Assembly: GCA_030448245.1 (NCBI GenBank)
Contig: JAUJNH010000005.1
Location: forward strand, 183,308-247,307
Source of the DNA: Acidimicrobiales bacterium
GTDB lineage: Bacteria; Actinomycetota; Acidimicrobiia; Acidimicrobiales; JAUJNH01
Direction: 5' to 3'
DNA length: 64,000 nt
Shown here: positions 27,314-37,366 of the stretch, in pieces
Layout: each line of letters starts with the position of its first letter
Position numbering within the stretch: position 1 is the first letter of the stretch
Notes under the pieces: model-generated
The model's input: the letters and a program-made list of their open reading frames with translations, nothing else
What the model was told of the DNA's origin: nothing
The model's database searches: none
Translations under genes and position numbers: made by a program

Positions 27314-27432
27314 GCAGCGGGGCACCACGCCGCCGAGCAACCCGCTGTGGCGGTGGTCCGAGGTCGACGCCTGGTTCGGGGGCCTACGAGCCGGGAGCCG
27401 GCGACCAAGCGCCTGCTCGTACCGGGCGCAGC

Positions 27433-27595
27433 TCATCACCACTCATCACCACCACGCGGAACTCTGCCGTCAGGGCAGGAGACCATCCTTCTATGCCGCG
27501 GTGAGGTGCTGATGGGATCACGAACCGGGACGGTGGCGCGGCTGCCTCGAGACTGTGGCGGCCCTTGTGATGGTGTGGTGATGAGATGGTGATGA
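27433..27595 (+). repeat. GGTGATGA octamers on the attR-proximal arm
   Basis: TCATCACC at 27433-27440 and 27443-27450 (inverted). GGTGATGA at 27577-27584 and 27588-27595 (direct). Confidence 0.45.
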
Positions 27596-27696
27596 ACTGG
27601 CCGGACGGGACCCATCACGGCCGGACTAGCGCGGGACGAGGAAGGCCCTGACCTGCATGAACGTGACGGACGAGAACGCCCGAACGCCCTCCGGGA

Positions 27697-27741
27697 CCTT
27701 CACACGGCAGAGGTCACAGGTTCGAGTCCTGTTACGCCCAC
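27697..27741 (+). repeat. attR: 45-bp perfect direct repeat of the tRNA-Val 3' half (matches 12059-12103)
   Basis: CCTTCACACGGCAGAGGTCACAGGTTCGAGTCCTGTTACGCCCAC is identical at both sites. It runs from the anticodon loop to one base past the 3' end of the tRNA. Confidence 0.9.
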
Positions 27742-27842
27742 GGACCGACAAACCTCAAGTCGGAGGGGGCGGCGGGTTCCGAGGGCCGGTCACACCGACC
27801 ATCGTGGTGATGAGGAGCCGAGGACTCGTGACCCTTGGTGAT

Positions 27843-28016
27843 GTGCGAGGCAGCATCAGCCCGGGCAGCTCCTGGCGCGTCCACGCCTACCTGGGCCTCG
27901 ACAACCAGACCGGCAAGGACCGCTACCTGACCAGGACGGTGCAGGACACTGGGGTCGACCCGGTCGCGGACATTCACGATCAGGCCCGTAGCAGTGGTGC
28001 CGGGCGGCGGCGGTGA
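27843..28016 (+). pseudogene. Truncated integrase (first 35 or so codons homologous to int at 12215)
   Basis: VRGSISPGSSWRVHAYLGLDNQTGKDRYLTRTVQ versus VRGSISRRGDSWRVHVYLGLDSQTGKQRYLTRTVH in int. Homology ends near 27947 and a stop follows at 28016. Confidence 0.8.
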
Positions 28017-28119
28017 CGCTGGTTGACGGGGGGTCGGGTGAACTGCCGGGGCCGATGTTCCCCAGGGGCCATGGCGCAACGACTCCTCAGCCCGCAAGCG
28101 GCTAGCCCGGCGAGGGTGC

Positions 28120-29057
28120 TCACGTCGGTTCGTCAGGCTGCGGCCTGAGGGCCTGCGCGGAGGCAGCCAACGCCGCCGCCTCGGCCCGGGTTCGGACGCC
28201 GAGCTTGACGAAGAGGTTGCTGACGTGGCGCTCGACGGTCTTGGTGGACAGGAAGAGCCGAGCAGCGATGGCGGCATTGGCCTCGCCCCTCCGAAGTCCG
28301 CCCAGGATCTCGGCCTCCCGGGGCGACAGCTCCTTCAGCGCGGTGCGCGCTGGGATGGCCCGTGGAGGGCACGCGCCGAACCCTCGCAGCACTGCGGCGC
28401 TCCGGTCGCGGAGCTGGTCGGCTCCCAGTCGAACGGCAGCCGCGTGGGCGGCCCGGGCGGCGATGACCGCGTCATCGGGGGCGGTTCCGGCGAGGGTCTC
28501 GGCCATCGCCAGCTGCACCTGCGCGACGTGGAGGGGCTGCTCGGCGGCGAGAAAGGCCTTTCTGGCTTGCTCGAGCCCGCCCAGGGCTTCGGCGGCGGCT
28601 CCTCGTGCCGCCGCGACCCTGGCGTCGGCCAGCGCCGCCAGTCCCTCGACGACGGGCGCGTCGGCGGCCTGCGCGATCTCGCGCAGGCTGGCTGCGGCCG
28701 CGACCGCCGAGCCGCGATCGTCACACGCGAGCTCCGCCTCGACGATCAGGGAGAGCACGGCGGCTCTCCGTAGGACCTCCCCGACGAGGCATCGAGCCCG
28801 CGCCGCGCCGCAGCCGCCGCCAGGCGCGGCTGCCCCCGGCTCATGAGGATCAGCGCACGGGGCCAAGCCGCCGAGTGGTGGTCTTCGATCGACGCGACCA
28901 GTTCCTCTGCCTCATCAACTCGGCCGGCGTGGACGCACAGCTCGGCGAGCCGCGAGGTGGCCTCGATCCGCTGAGCGGTGGTGGCCCCGCTCGCGGGATC
29001 GAGCGGCTGCCGGATCGCCTGCTCCGCCTCCGGCCACCGACCGGCCGAGCAGAGCAC
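28120..29057 (-). pseudogene. C-terminal remnant of a large LuxR-family (LAL/MalT-like) regulator
   Basis: C-terminal HTH LSPREAEILGGLRRGEANAAIAARLFLSTKTVERHVSNLFVKLGV. Alanine-rich helical repeats lie upstream in two overlapping frames. No ATPase domain is present. Confidence 0.6.
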
Positions 29058-30217
29058 ACCGCCGAGCCGGACATGGCGGTGCTCGGTCGCCGGCTCGGCC
29101 GCGCAACGCCGACGACCTCGACCTCGCCCTCGACGTGCGAAGCCGTCCGCGCCGGCCCTGGGGACGAGCGCCCCGAGTCGGCAACGGCGTGGCGACTCGG
29201 CGGCAATGCCGGCGCGCTCTGCTGGGGCCGGACGCCGGCCGGTCCGACTACCGGGATCGCCGTCTAGCAGGCGGTGGCTCGACGACCCCGCCTGCCCGGT
29301 GGACGCCGGCGCCGGCTGAGGCGCCCGCCTCCGTGCTGACCAGCGCCGTCGCCAGGCCTGCGCTCAGCCCGCTGAGCGGTGCCCGCATCGACGACGACGC
29401 CCGGCCGGTGGAGCGATCAGTCACCGCTGCCCCGGCGGGAGGCGGGGCCGCTGTTCGAGCGCCTCTTCGCCGACCGTCGGTGGCGCCTGGAGGGCGCAGG
29501 GCCGACGACGCCACTGGAACCACCTCAACGAGCACCGGCACCAGCTTCGCCCGCCCCGATGGGCACGGTTCTTCGAGTCCTTCGACGCCGTGGGCTGACC
29601 CCGGTCCTCGCCCGTAGCCACCGATCGCCCACGACACCGCCGGCCCACAACACCGGCGCCCCGACGATCGTGCCCCGCACGATCGCCGTCGTGAACGGCG
29701 CCGAGCGCTGTCCGACTACACCGACCAGTCCGTACTGACCGTGGACAGCGCTCCCTTGCCGACGACGCCCGGCCGGTGGAGCTGTACCTGTTCGAGCGCC
29801 TTGCTGCGGTGCGCGCCGACTGGTCAACGAGCACCGGGGCTCACGGTTCTTCGAGGCGGCCCGGTCTCGCCCGTCGGGATGCAGGTGATGGACAGGCCTT
29901 GCGCCCGTACCTCGAGGACCCGAGGCGGCCTGCCCGTCGCACCGCCATCGACGTGGTCCGGCAGATCGAGCGAACCGTCGGCGGCTTCCAGGCACCGCAC
30001 GTCGGTTGAGATGGCTGGAAGTGCGGCGGAGCGGCCTCGCCCACTCCGCCGCCGTCTCGCGTGGCGTGGGCGGCTGCACCTCTCGTCGTCATCTTCGCTC
30101 GTCAAAAGCCGTGGCCTGCCGGGGGCAGTGAGCGAACGCCAGTAAGCGGAAACGTGCTGTTCGAGGCACGGTCGCGCACCGCCAGAGACCGGATTGCTTC
30201 GCCCTTCTGGAAGGTTC

Positions 30218-31158
30218 CTACGACACTTCCGCGGCCAGGGGCACCGGAGCCTTCTCGTCCAGGGGTTCCGACTCGTCCACCTTCTCCTGGTCCTGCGGCT
30301 CAGGTTCGTCGCTCCTGACTGCTTCGAGCTGGGCGGCAACGGCCGCACCGTAGATCAGGACCGTCGACGACAGCACCGCCCACATCATCAGCGCCACCAT
30401 CCCCGCCAGCGGGCCGTAGGTCTCGCCGAACGAGTGCGAGACCCGGAAGAACAGGCCGAGCGCAATGGTCACCGCGGCCCAGCCCACCACGGCGATGCCC
30501 GACCCGAACGCCAACCACGACAGCTGCGGCTGGGACCGGCGAGGGCACGTGCGCAGCAGCCCCGTCACCACCGCGCCGATCAGGATCAACCCCATCGGCC
30601 AGCGAGCCACGTTCCACGTGGTCGACGCCGCTGCACTGGTGACACCGGCGAGGAGGTTCTTCCCGAGGGCGAGCGACACAAAGGCGAGCGTTGCCACGGT
30701 GCCGTGGGTCACGGCCATCACCAAGGCCCTCCCGTACTTCGGCAGCGGCGGACGGTCCTGTTCGATGCCGTAGAGCCGGTTGAAGGCCCGTTCGAGCTGG
30801 CCGAACGCCAAGGTGGCGGTGAGCAACGTGCCGATCGTCCCGAGGACCAGGCCGCCGTAGCCGTGCTCGGCGCCATTGTCTTGCGCGTGGGAGATGGCGG
30901 ATGTCAAGGCCTCACCCGCTGGGCCTGGCACGGCCCGCGGACGGTGGCGGCGATCACCGAGGAGAAGCCGTTGCCGCCGTTGGAGGCGGCTAGGCCAACC
31001 ACGGCGATCACGCCCTCGACGGCGACGAGCGAGGTGAGGAAGGCGAGTGAGCGGGCGTGGCTGAAGCCGTCGGAGACCCGCATGCGCAGGAAGGCGTCGA
31101 CCAGCAGGCGGCGCCGTCCCGTGCGTCGCAGCGTCGTCCAGGCGTGCTCGCCCGACAA
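30218..31158 (-). pseudogene. YihY/BrkB-family membrane protein, frameshift near 30933
   Basis: LLVDAFLRMRVSDGFSHARSLAFLTSLVAVEGVIAVVGLA...TVRGP, then in another frame VPGPAGEALTSAI...LERAFNRLYGIEQDRP...GPLAGMVALMMWAVLSSTVLIYGAAV. Confidence 0.75.
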
Positions 31159-31363
31159 CCCCTGGTCTCCGGGACGGCGGCGGCGGTGCTCACGCTGCCC
31201 CTGCCGCCGCCACGGTGGTCACCGCCAGCGATGTCATCGGGCTTCCTCCTGGGGTAGCCGGCCGCCAAATGCGAGAGCTGCGATGCACGAATCGTAGGAC
31301 GCCGCCGCCGGGCCTCGGGCAGCACCGTGAGCACCGGATGGACCGTGTCGTGCTCGACCTGTC

Positions 31364-32160
31364 TCAGAAGGCGGACAAGCCGGGGCCCCACTCGACATGG
31401 GCGGGCTCAGCCTCGCTGTCAGCCAAGCCAACAAGCCGCTTGTCGTCGCTGCCTGGCGCCGGGGCGTACCGATGGAGCGTCTTGAACTGCTCCGGCTGCT
31501 TCCGGGTGGGCACGTGTCGGCCCCGGCGGGTCAGGTGGCCCGCCGGGGCGTCGGCTTCAGCGGTGGGGGCCTCGCGTCCGGCGTCGACCTGCGGTCCGAA
31601 TGCCTGGGCGTCGGTGCGCTGGTCGCCGTAGGGGGCGTTGTCGTCGGCGTTGCGGCGCCCTTCGGGCGGCAGGCCAGCGTTGGCCTGCCGCTCAGGTTCC
31701 ATCTGGTCGCCACCCATCGTGGCCCGCTGCCCGCTGTCGTCGCTGAGCGGGTCTCCTGTGTCCCGAGCCCCACCGTGAGCCATGGGCGCGGCCTTGGTGC
31801 CCTCGGCCTCGACCCACCTCTGCAGCCGCACCGCTCCTCGTCGTAGTCCAGCCCGTAGTGGCCGTAGAGGTGGGCCTCCTCCTCCTGCGAGAGCTGCCCG
31901 TCGGCGCCAGCGTTGGGCGCATCCTTGACCTGCTCCTTCGGGAAGGGCACCATCACGTCGTCGCCTGCCAGCGACGCTCCGGCGACCGGGACGAAGCTCA
32001 CGTTCGAGCCGAAGAGCCCTGTCGTGACCGCGATCCACTCGGGCTGGCCCGTGTCGTCATCGGTGTAGATGTCTTCGATCTTGCCGACCTTGTGGCCGGA
32101 TGCGTCGTGAAGGATGCGACCGATCCAGCTCTCGTGCTGTTCGGTGAGCTGCTGAGACAT
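31364..32160 (-). pseudogene. PRC-barrel domain protein, probable frameshift near 31835
   Basis: GGAGGA SD. MSQQLTEQHESWIGRILHDASGHKVGKIEDIYTDDDTGQPEWIAVTTGLFGSNVSFVPVAGA...HLYGHYGLDYDEE. A plausible continuation (VRLQRWVEAEG...) lies in a second frame. Confidence 0.55.
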
Positions 32161-32663
32161 GGAAGTCCTCCGTAGGTCGTGTCGTGGCTGGGAAACGCTG
32201 GCGCCCGAGTGATCGGTCCCTTCTCGTCGAGCTCCGGCGCTGACCGTCGAGTGTCCGAGAGAGGAAAAGGCGCTGCGCCAACGCTTCCCTGCCCTCCTCC
32301 GGCAAACGAGCAGGTCCGAACACGACACCGTTGGGATGATTTGGAGCGGTCACCCAGGTTTTGCGTCAGCACCCGAGGAACATCGTCACCGACACGGTGC
32401 GGCTGTCTTCTGACCTTCTCGCCGATCCCGACATTCTCCTGGAGCATCGATGCCGCGGACGACGGTTGCCCCGACCCGTAGCGAAGACGACGATCCAGGC
32501 GCCGACGAGACTCGAGAAGAGCGCGGATTCGGTTCCGTCCCGAGGCGAGCTTGGCCTGGCCCGGCATGCTGCATGATGGCGACATGGCCGGCACACCCGG
32601 AGGTCCCGCTGACGACCGCTCGCCGCTCGCCGGCCGCCCTCCTGCGAAGCCGACCTTGGCTTC

Positions 32664-34325
32664 GTGCGGCGCCCAATGGTGCGCTGGTTCGATCCGCACC
32701 AGCTCCTCGATACCGCCGTGCGTGTGGTCGTCTCGGGCATCTTCAGTTCGTACGCCGACAAGCGCGACTCCAGGCGCGGCTCCCGGCTGAGGTGCCCGAC
32801 CGCTCCGGGGCCGGCGAGCTGTGGTTCGACTACGTGGCCGACCTGGGCGACGGGTGGAACTCGACCTACACCGTAGCCAGGCTCCTGGCCGCCGAGGAGT
32901 TGAAGCTCGACTGGAACGGCCAGGCCCACGTTACCGAGCGGGGGCGGATCCTCGTCATGGGGGGCGACCAGGTGTACCCGGTGCCCAAGGCGGTCGAGTA
33001 CGAGAACCGCACGATCGGTCCCTACCGGGCGGCGCTGCCCTGTGCCCCCGGAGAGGCGCCCGAGCTGTTCGCCATCCCCGGAAGCCACGACTGGTACGAC
33101 GGGCTGGTCAACTTCACCAGCATCTTCTGCCGCAGCCACGACATCGGCGGCTGGAGGACGAGCCAGGCCCGGAGCTACTTCGCCCTGAAGCTCCCGAACG
33201 GCTGGTGGCTCTGGGGCGTCGACATCCAGTTCGGCGCCTGCCTCGACGAGGTCCAGTTGCAGTACTTCGCGACGTCGTCGCCAACCAGCTGCAGCCCGGC
33301 GACCGGATCATCGTCTGCATGGGCAAGGAGGTCGAGAGCGGCAGGAAGGAGGTCGAGGTCCACTCCGATTGGAACGTGGTGTACCTGGAGCGTGAGGTCA
33401 TCCAGCCCACTGGTGCCCAGGTGGTCCTGTTCCTCAGGAGCGGGAAGCACTACTACGCCCGCTACGAGGAGGAGGAAGGCTCCCGCCAGCACATCGCCTC
33501 GGGCGGCGGCGGCGCCTTTTTGCATCCCACCCACGACCTCCCCGAGCGGGTGGACCTCCCGGCGCGGACGGGATGGTGACGTGCCGCCGGGCCGCCACCT
33601 ATCCCTCAGGGGCGGTGTCGAAGGGGTTCCGCAAGAGGATCTGGCTGCTGGCCCCCTTCAACATCCCTCTGGCCGCGGTGTTCGGCACGGTCCAGGTGCT
33701 GCTGGCCTTCATGATGGGGCTCCACCTGGAAGGACCGGCACGTCTCGCTCGGCCCGGTCGATCTGCGGCGGGCGCTGTGGGAGAGCCCCACGGCCTTCCT
33801 CCTCATCCTGCTCATGATCGTGTCCCTGGCCCTGATGGTGCGCTTCGCCCACGACGCCAGTGGCCTCGCACGATGGCTGCTGGGCCTGGTGCACTCGACG
33901 CTGCAGCTGGTCAGCGTGGCCGCGGTCATGATGATCGCTTCCCGGCTCTCCTCCACGTCGGGGCTCCGGGGCGGGTGGTCGCTCGTCGTCTTCCTCGGCG
34001 TGATCGGGGTTCTGGGCGGCATCGGGGGGATGGTGGGGATGTCGGGCTACCTGTGGGCCACCAACTGCCTCGGCTTCCACGGAAACGAGGGGTTCGCCCC
34101 CTCCACCACCAGGACCAGAAGCACTTCCTCCGGCTCCACATCGACGCCCAGGGTGCCCTGACCGTGTTCCCGATGGGAGTCGACCGGGTGGGCCGGAAGT
34201 GGCAACTGCGCCCCGATGCGCCCCCGCATGCGCCGTGGTTCGATCCGAGCGGCCCTGAGCCCGAGCCGCACCTCATCGAGGGCCCGATCAGGATCGAGGG
34301 CCGGGCAACCTCAGCTGCGCTCTAG
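32664..34325 (+). pseudogene. Large metallophosphoesterase with a C-terminal membrane domain, at least 5 frameshifts
   Basis: Recognisable sequence hops between frames: VRWFDPHQLLDTAVRVVVSGIFSSYADKR / ELWFDYVADLGDGWNSTYTVA...VMGGDQVYP...IPGSHDWYDGL...GGWRTSQARSYFALKLP / QYFRDVV...HYYARYEE...GGGGAFLHPTH / membrane segments / HFLRLHIDAQGALTVFPMGVD. Confidence 0.7.
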
Positions 34326-34718
34326 CCAAGCTCGGCCAGCCGGGCCTCATGCGCGGTAGCGGTCGAGCCACGGGCAGAGCTCGGGAGGTCGTGTCCCGTT
34401 CGTCGCTCGCGAGACCCGACGCAAGGTGATGGCCGTCGTGATCCCCCAGGGAGGGGATGGGCTGCTCTGGGGCCTGCCTGAACATCGCGCCCGTCGGAGG
34501 GCTTCAGCGGGGGCGGTGCGGGGTACGAACCGGTTACCTTCTACAGCGAGGGTTCGTGGGCGGCCTGGCTGCCCGATGCAAGCCTTTGGAGCTACGAGCT
34601 CATGCTCATCAACTCGCTGCTGTCGAGACCGGACCCACTGTGCCTGACAGGGGGGCCTCTGCGGTCTGCGGCGTCTCCGTGTGCTTCCGTGCGGACTCAA
34701 CCGAGTCCGGAAGATCAC

Positions 34719-35248
34719 GTGACGTCACGTGAAGAAGCCGACGCATGGATAGGGCGGACCGGCCTCGACAGCGGCGGCCGGAAGATCGGCAAGATCACAC
34801 GGGTCTGGATCGATGACTACTCCGGACTGCCGACGTGGGTCACGCTCGAGCGCGGGCGGCTTCCCCGTCGCGAGGGGATCGCGCGCCGTTCTTGGATGTG
34901 ACAGCCACAGGAGGCCGCCCGCAGCTCGCCTGTACCAAAGCCGAGGTCATGAGCGCTCCATCAATCGACGACGACGGACACCTTGGACTGGATGACGAGT
35001 GGCGGCTGATCAACCACTACAAGCTCGCCGGCACGCCCGACCCGACCAGACCAGTTCCCGCAGGTGAGCGGTCTGGCAGGATGCCCCGGATCGCAGCGAG
35101 CACCCGCACCCACCTCGGGTCACGCCCTCCTGGTCCGCGAAACGCAAGCAGCAGCGGAGCTAAGGAGCAGGACCAACGGGCCGAGCAAGCTGAACGGTCC
35201 GGTCGCCTGCACCTCCCCGGCATGCGCCGGCGACTCGGGCTGGGCTAG
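34719..35248 (+). pseudogene. Second PRC-barrel domain protein, frameshift near 34860
   Basis: VTSREEADAWIGRTGLDSGGRKIGKITRVWIDDYSGLPTWVTLERG, then in another frame APFLDVTATGGRPQLACTKAEVMSAPSIDDDGHLGLDDEWRLINHYKL. Confidence 0.5.
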
Positions 35249-35471
35249 CTGTTCCCCAACCTCCGGGCATATCGCTCGGCCCGCCCCGACGCCGCGAGGC
35301 GCATCACGAACATCGACGCCTCCACCAGACCCCAGCCGGGTAGACGCTGATCGTCCCGAAGTCGACCTCCGCTCACCGAGTGGGCGGTGCTGAAACCATC
35401 CACCCTCGACCAGCGGCAGCCCCCAGCCGGCATCCACTGCACACGTTCGTTCCGAAAGAGGTTCTTCGTCA

Positions 35472-36371
35472 ATGCTTCGCTACCGGGCCGATCGGTCATC
35501 ACTGGGTTGTGTCATCGCGAGCGCCACGGGCCAGGTGGCGTGGCTTGCCACCGGGAAGGTCGCCTTCCTTCTGCCCATGTTCGCAGCGCTGCGTTGGACC
35601 GCCCTCGTCCAGCACAACCAGTCGCACTTGACCATGTTCAGGCACCGATGGGCCAACCGGCTCCTCGAGCTGACGCTCGGCACCGTGACCGGCACGCCGA
35701 TGGAGCTCTACCGGGAAGCGCATGCCCGCACGCACCACCCTCACGTCGGTACTGCCAAGGACTGGACCCAGCCGACGCAGCTGCGTGACGGGCAGGCTCT
35801 CCAGTGCCAGCCGCTCTCCCGGTGGCGGTACCTGTACGTGTTCGCGCCGCGAAGCTGGTTCGTCGGATGCTCCGCAGTGAGACGAGTCCGTTCCCAGATG
35901 CGGTGCCTCATCGCCGAGGGTGCGGCGATGGCCGTTCTCGCCGCCCTGCCCGTCCTCCTGGGCTCACCCGTCAGGCTCCTCCCCATCGTCTTCCAGTGGA
36001 CCCTCGTGGCGGTCTTCTCCGCCCACGCCAACTACGAGCACCACAACGGCTACCTGGAGGCTGACCGGCCCACCGACTTCGCCAACGACACCGCCTCCCG
36101 GTTGCACACCTCCCTCGGCTTCAACATCGGGTACCACACCGCGCACCACCGCAGGCCGAACGCACACTGGACGAAGCTTCCAGATCTGGAGGCGAAGCGA
36201 GCTCCGCAGCCGGCGATGCGCAGCGTGGCCCCCGCCGACATGGCGAGACCCGGCAGCAGCCCTTCTAGCTCCGTGGCACAGGGAAGGGAGCTCCCGGAGG
36301 GGCCGGTCAGTGGCGTCTCCATGAGCAGCCCGCGGATGCGCCCTGGGTACGGCACCACTCGGGCGCGGTGA
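35472..36371 (+). CDS. Fatty acid desaturase family membrane protein
   Basis: Three histidine boxes: HNQSH, HARTHH and HTAHH, with hydrophobic segments between them. The C-terminal tail may be over-extended. Confidence 0.7.
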   Translation: MLRYRADRSSLGCVIASATGQVAWLATGKVAFLLPMFAALRWTALVQHNQSHLTMFRHRWANRLLELTLGTVTGTPMELYREAHARTHHPHVGTAKDWTQPTQLRDGQALQCQPLSRWRYLYVFAPRSWFVGCSAVRRVRSQMRCLIAEGAAMAVLAALPVLLGSPVRLLPIVFQWTLVAVFSAHANYEHHNGYLEADRPTDFANDTASRLHTSLGFNIGYHTAHHRRPNAHWTKLPDLEAKRAPQPAMRSVAPADMARPGSSPSSSVAQGRELPEGPVSGVSMSSPRMRPGYGTTRAR

Positions 36372-36400
36372 CGCACCCCCACTCACGCACGCAGCGATGG

Positions 36401-37111
36401 CTACGGGACCGAGGCGCGCCAGGCGTCACAGACCCAGGGGACCTTGAACCGCCCCTCCGGGACGGCGGCACGCACGGAACGCAGGAGGGCCAGGCGCTGC
36501 TCGGCCTCCTGCACGATGACGACGCTGCGGGAGGCCATGTTCGCGACCACGAGGTCGGGGTCCGCCGCCTGCCAGTGGGGGAACAGCTGCCGCGACCACG
36601 GCCGCCACACCTCGCACCCCACAGCCGGGGAGGTGGCTGCCCTGTCAACGAGCGACAGCCGGTCCTCCAGGCCCAGCATCTCCGCCACCTCCAGCGCCCA
36701 CCCCCCGCTGTCGTCGAGGACGTTCCAGAGAAGCCCGAGGGTGCCCCCCGGCCGCAGCACCCGGCCGACCTCCGCGAGCGCCTCGGCTGTGTCGAACCAG
36801 TGCCACGCCTGCCCGGCGACGACCGCGTCGACCGAGCGGTCCGGCAGCGGCACCTGTTCTGCCGTACCGGCCAGGGGCACGGCCCGTGTGTCGACGTGGG
36901 CGCGCATGGCGTCGTCCGGCTCGACGGCGACGACCTCCAGGCCCAGGTCAAGCAACCCGGTGGTCACCTTGCCCGTGCCGGCTCCGAGGTCTAGAACCCG
37001 ACCGGCTCCCGGGGGCACGACAAAACGCAGCGCCTCCGGCGGGTAGGTCGGGCGGGCCAGCGCGTAGGCGTCCGCGACGGCCCCGAACGAGCGCGCACGG
37101 CGGGGATCCAC
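36401..37111 (-). CDS. Class I SAM-dependent methyltransferase
   Basis: Motif I VLDLGAGTGKVTTGLLDLGLEVVAVEPDDAM, followed by AVVAGQAWHWFD and LRPGGTLGLLWN. Confidence 0.85.
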   Translation of the reverse strand: MDPRRARSFGAVADAYALARPTYPPEALRFVVPPGAGRVLDLGAGTGKVTTGLLDLGLEVVAVEPDDAMRAHVDTRAVPLAGTAEQVPLPDRSVDAVVAGQAWHWFDTAEALAEVGRVLRPGGTLGLLWNVLDDSGGWALEVAEMLGLEDRLSLVDRAATSPAVGCEVWRPWSRQLFPHWQAADPDLVVANMASRSVVIVQEAEQRLALLRSVRAAVPEGRFKVPWVCDAWRASVP

Positions 37112-37366
37112 GCCCGCCAGTGCAGCACAGCGCCATCACGGTCCGCCGCGGCACCCAGCGACGAGCGGAAGGCCCTGCTTCACCTCCAGCAGGATCGGGG
37201 GGATGCTGTCTGCCCTCGGCAGATGGCGTGTTGCTGGCCGGGAGCCGGAAGACCCGGTTCCCACATGGTCTCCCTCCTGTGAACCCGGCTGGGACACGCC
37301 GAGCGGCCCCAGGGCCGCCCGTCCGCCCGCGCCTCGCCGGGCCGCGTCGCCCGCCCGGCGTCCGCG

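Larger units (their letters stand above)
12103..27741 (+). mobile_element. Integrative element at the tRNA-Val 3' end (int ... xis ... TA modules ... attR)
   Basis: An intact tyrosine integrase sits next to the tRNA. A 45-bp direct repeat of the tRNA 3' half is found at 27697-27741. Also present: an Xis-like HTH, two TA pairs, locally lower-GC patches and accessory cargo. Confidence 0.75.
27742..35300 (+). mobile_element. Older, decayed integrative element accreted at the same tRNA site (right boundary not identified)
   Basis: It begins with a homolog of the attL-int junction, including a truncated int. Nearly every recognisable gene up to about 35.3 kb is frameshifted or truncated. I found no second tRNA-derived repeat. 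Confidence 0.35.

Noticed and set aside
29563-29592. tRNA T-arm-like string CACGGTTCTTCGAGTCCTTCGACGCC that could have been the missing attR of the older island
   Set aside because: It needs a 3-nt insertion inside the T-loop and mismatches in the acceptor part. The same block recurs in the second copy of the local repeat and reads as coding (RFFE). It is more likely coincidence.
34716-34731. Perfect 16-bp palindrome CACGTGACGTCACGTG at the start of the second PRC-barrel gene
   Set aside because: About one perfect 16-bp palindrome is expected by chance in 64 kb. It has no second copy and no associated regulator, so it was not called as an operator.
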